From assembly GCA_963768425.1 (NCBI GenBank), contig CAVYHV010000009.1, positions 128,001 through 192,000 on the forward strand: 64,000 bases of DNA, given 5' to 3'. The first letter of the stretch is position 1. Each line of letters starts with the position of its first letter. Shown here one piece after another: positions 61,477-64,000 of this stretch. Both the position numbers and the translations under genes were made by a program. Under the pieces are notes generated by a model. That model did no database searches. It was not told the DNA's origin and was given only the letters and a program-made list of their open reading frames with translations. The stretch is from Candidatus Bathyarchaeota archaeon (GTDB lineage: Archaea; Thermoproteota; Bathyarchaeia; Bathyarchaeales; Bathycorpusculaceae).

Positions 61477-62403
61477 ATGGTCAAAAAAGTGTTAGTGACA
61501 GGCGGTTTAGGTTTCATAGGTTCAAATCTTGTTCGAGAATTAGAAAAACGTGGGTATGAAACTTGGGTTTGCGATTTAATGCATTCTTGGCAACCGTTAT
61601 GTCCGTTGTGACGTTAGCAAATTTAGCTCAAGTTGAGCGATTATTTGCGGAGCATGATTTCGATTATGTTTATCATGCTGCAGCAGAGTATGGCAGATGG
61701 AACGGAGAAGACTATTATGAAAACTTGTGGGCTACAAACGCTGTAGGCACCAAGAACATTCTGAGAATGCAGGAGAAGAAGAAGTTTCGAATGATTTTCT
61801 TTGGAAGCGCTGAGGTGTACGGTGATTATGATGGTGTCATGCGTGAAGACGTTATGGATACCGATTCCGATTAAGCAGATGAACGATTATGCCATTTCCA
61901 AGTGGGTTAATGAAATGCAGATTCTAAATTCTGCAGCAATGTTTGGGACGGAATCGGTTCGGGTTCGCTTGTTCAATGTTTATGGTGTGGGCGAGCATTA
62001 CACTCCTTACCGTGGTTGGATACCAAAATTCATCTATAAAGCCATGAGAAATGAGCCTTACACTGTTTACTTGGGTCACAAACGTACACTTGAATATGTT
62101 GAGGATCTCTGCAGAACATTTGTTAACATAATTGATAACTTTAAGCCTGGAGAAATCTACAATTTGGGCGGAGACACTCAATACGACATCAAGTACGTTT
62201 CCGACTTAATTCTAAAAAACCTAAACAAAGACGACTCCAAAGTTTCCTACAAAGAAGCTGAACCCTTCACAACTAGAATCAAAACTCCTGATTCGTCAAA
62301 GGCGAAAAAAGATTTGGATTTTAAGTTAACCATTTCTCCGGAAGAAGGTCTGCGGAGAACTGTTGAATGGTTCAAGAAACTGTATGGCGAACAAAGTGCT
62401 TAA
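61477..62403 (+). CDS. NAD-dependent epimerase/dehydratase, two frameshifts
   Basis: ATG 61477 MVKKVLVTGGLGFIGS, HAAAEYGRWNGE, then NDYAISK and RLFNVYG. Confidence 0.82.
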
Positions 62404-63424
62404 CAGAGAGAAGTTTGAAATGAACAAAAAAGTGCTTGAAGCATTCAATGAGAAAACTGTGCTGGTAACTGGTGGAGCTGGAGCTATAGGTTCTAACTTG
62501 GTAAAAACGCTAAGTAACTTGGAAACAAAGAAAATCATAATCATAGATGACCTTTCTTCGTCTTATGAATGGAATATACCCGCAAGCCCAAAAGTTGCTT
62601 TCATAAGAGGCAGTATTCTTGATGATGAAAAGTTAAAGTGGGCGTTTAAAGAGAAACCTCAAATAGTGTATCATCTTGCTGCTCATTTTGCCAACCAAAA
62701 TTCAGTGGATAATCCTGAAACCGACTTGATGGTAAATGGAATGGGTACGTTGAAGGTTCTGGAGCACGCTCATTTGGTAGGCGTTGAACGCTTTATTTAT
62801 GCCTCTTCAGGATGTGGAATATACGGCGCAGACTCAAAAATGCCCTTTGAAGAACATGACGTATCAATGAAGCTTTATACGCCTTACCAAGTGACCAAGA
62901 TGTTAGGCGAACTCTACACTAACTATTACTACAACCTTTATCATCTTCCAATTGTTAATGCACGATTCTTCAATTCATATGGTCCAGGAGAAGTTCCAGG
63001 AAAATACCGAAACGTCATACCTAACTTCTTCTACTGGTCAATGAACAAACAGCCTCTCCCGATCACTGGGACTGGGGATGAAACAAGAGACTTCACTTAC
63101 GTAGATGATATCGTAAGCGGTTTGTTGGCAATGGCATCCTCGGAAGAAGCTGTTGGAGAGGCAATTAACCTTGCAACAGGGCGAAGAAATTAGAATCAGG
63201 TGACCTTGCAAAATGGATCCTTGACCTGACTGGGAACGATGCTGGAATTATTTTCAAAGAAAAGCGCGACTGGGACAAGAAGCCGCGACTCTTAGCTTCC
63301 ATTGAAAAGGCTAAGAAAGTTTTAGGATATGAACCACAAGGTGACATGAAAACTGGACTTGAAGAAAACTTATGACTGGTTCATAGAGCATCAAAGAGAA
63401 ATAGAAACAAGTGTCAAGTTTTGA
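62380..63424 (+). CDS. NAD-dependent epimerase/dehydratase, frameshifted C-terminus
   Basis: TGGAGAIG, HLAAHFANQNS, YQVTK and TGDETRDF. Continuation DLAKWILDL..RDWD..ASIEKAKKVLGYEP..YDWF in shifted frames. Confidence 0.82.
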
Positions 63425-64000
63425 AAATTTTGCTTATTAACCCGCCTCAACTCACAAAGTATCCTCAGCCGCCTCTGGGTCTTGCTATGTTGGCAGCAGT
63501 TCTAGAGGAAAAAGGGTATTCGGTCAAGATAGTTGATTTAACTGCAATGGGGCTTTCTGAAAATGCAGTTCCTCAAATAATTCACGAAGAGAAGCCAGAG
63601 ATCGTAGGCGTTACTGCGATGACTTCTACAATTAATTCCGCAGTAAATGTTGCACGCAAGGTCAAGGAAAGTGATAGCAACATCTTGATTGTTCTTGGGG
63701 GTGCGCATGCGTCAATACTTCCTGAAGAAACTTTGCAGAAGAATCCTGAAATAGACATGATCGTTCGTGGAGAAGGCGAGAAAACAATCCTCGAACTTGT
63801 CGAAACAATAGAAAGAAAAATGGAGTGATTTAGGCAGCATTCTTGGGATTAACCTATAGAACAGAGTCTGGCGTAAAAAGTAATCCATCAAGACCTCCAA
63901 TCTTAGATTTAGATACATTGCCTTTTCCCGCCTTCCATTTGCTGCCCAAAGGAAAATATCGTTTGCATCCTCCCTTTGGCAGAAGATCGCCAGCTATGCC
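63421..64000 (+). CDS. B12-binding radical SAM protein, N-terminal part (frameshift ~63820, runs off the window)
   Basis: LINPP, PPLGLAMLAA, GGAHAS and GEGE; continuation ILGLTYR...DLDTLPFPA. Confidence 0.8.

Overview
Archaeal DNA, most consistent with Candidatus Bathyarchaeia. This is inferred from the DUF1616 membrane genes, COG1665 nucleotidyltransferases, archaeal CitG, an HTH_45-type regulator remnant, TATA/BRE-like promoters and P/T-linker surface proteins. Positions 1-5.6 kb hold a MetV-like Cys protein, a citG homolog and three paralogous COG1665 nucleotidyltransferases. The rest is a large surface-glycan/cell-envelope island. It carries GT2/GT4 glycosyltransferases, rfbD, a bacterial-type CDP-sugar C-methylation cassette (epimerase, two C-methyltransferases, rfbF, PIG-L deacetylase), pyruvyl-, acetyl- and B12 radical-SAM-type modifiers, a flippase, polytopic membrane proteins and large repeat-rich secreted proteins. 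There are two top candidates for an undescribed system. (1) citG is divergently paired with a triad of nucleotidyltransferases, an arrangement resembling the CitG/CitX or MdcB/MdcG pair but with no visible lyase or ACP. (2) A CBM-like domain occurs in 4 copies in 3 secreted proteins. Two copies form a ~567-bp, ~99% identical direct repeat that brackets the 21-kb sugar-modification block. Many single-base frameshifts, densest in the last 4 kb, look like long-read assembly errors. I found no tRNA, rRNA, CRISPR array, integrase or reverse transcriptase.
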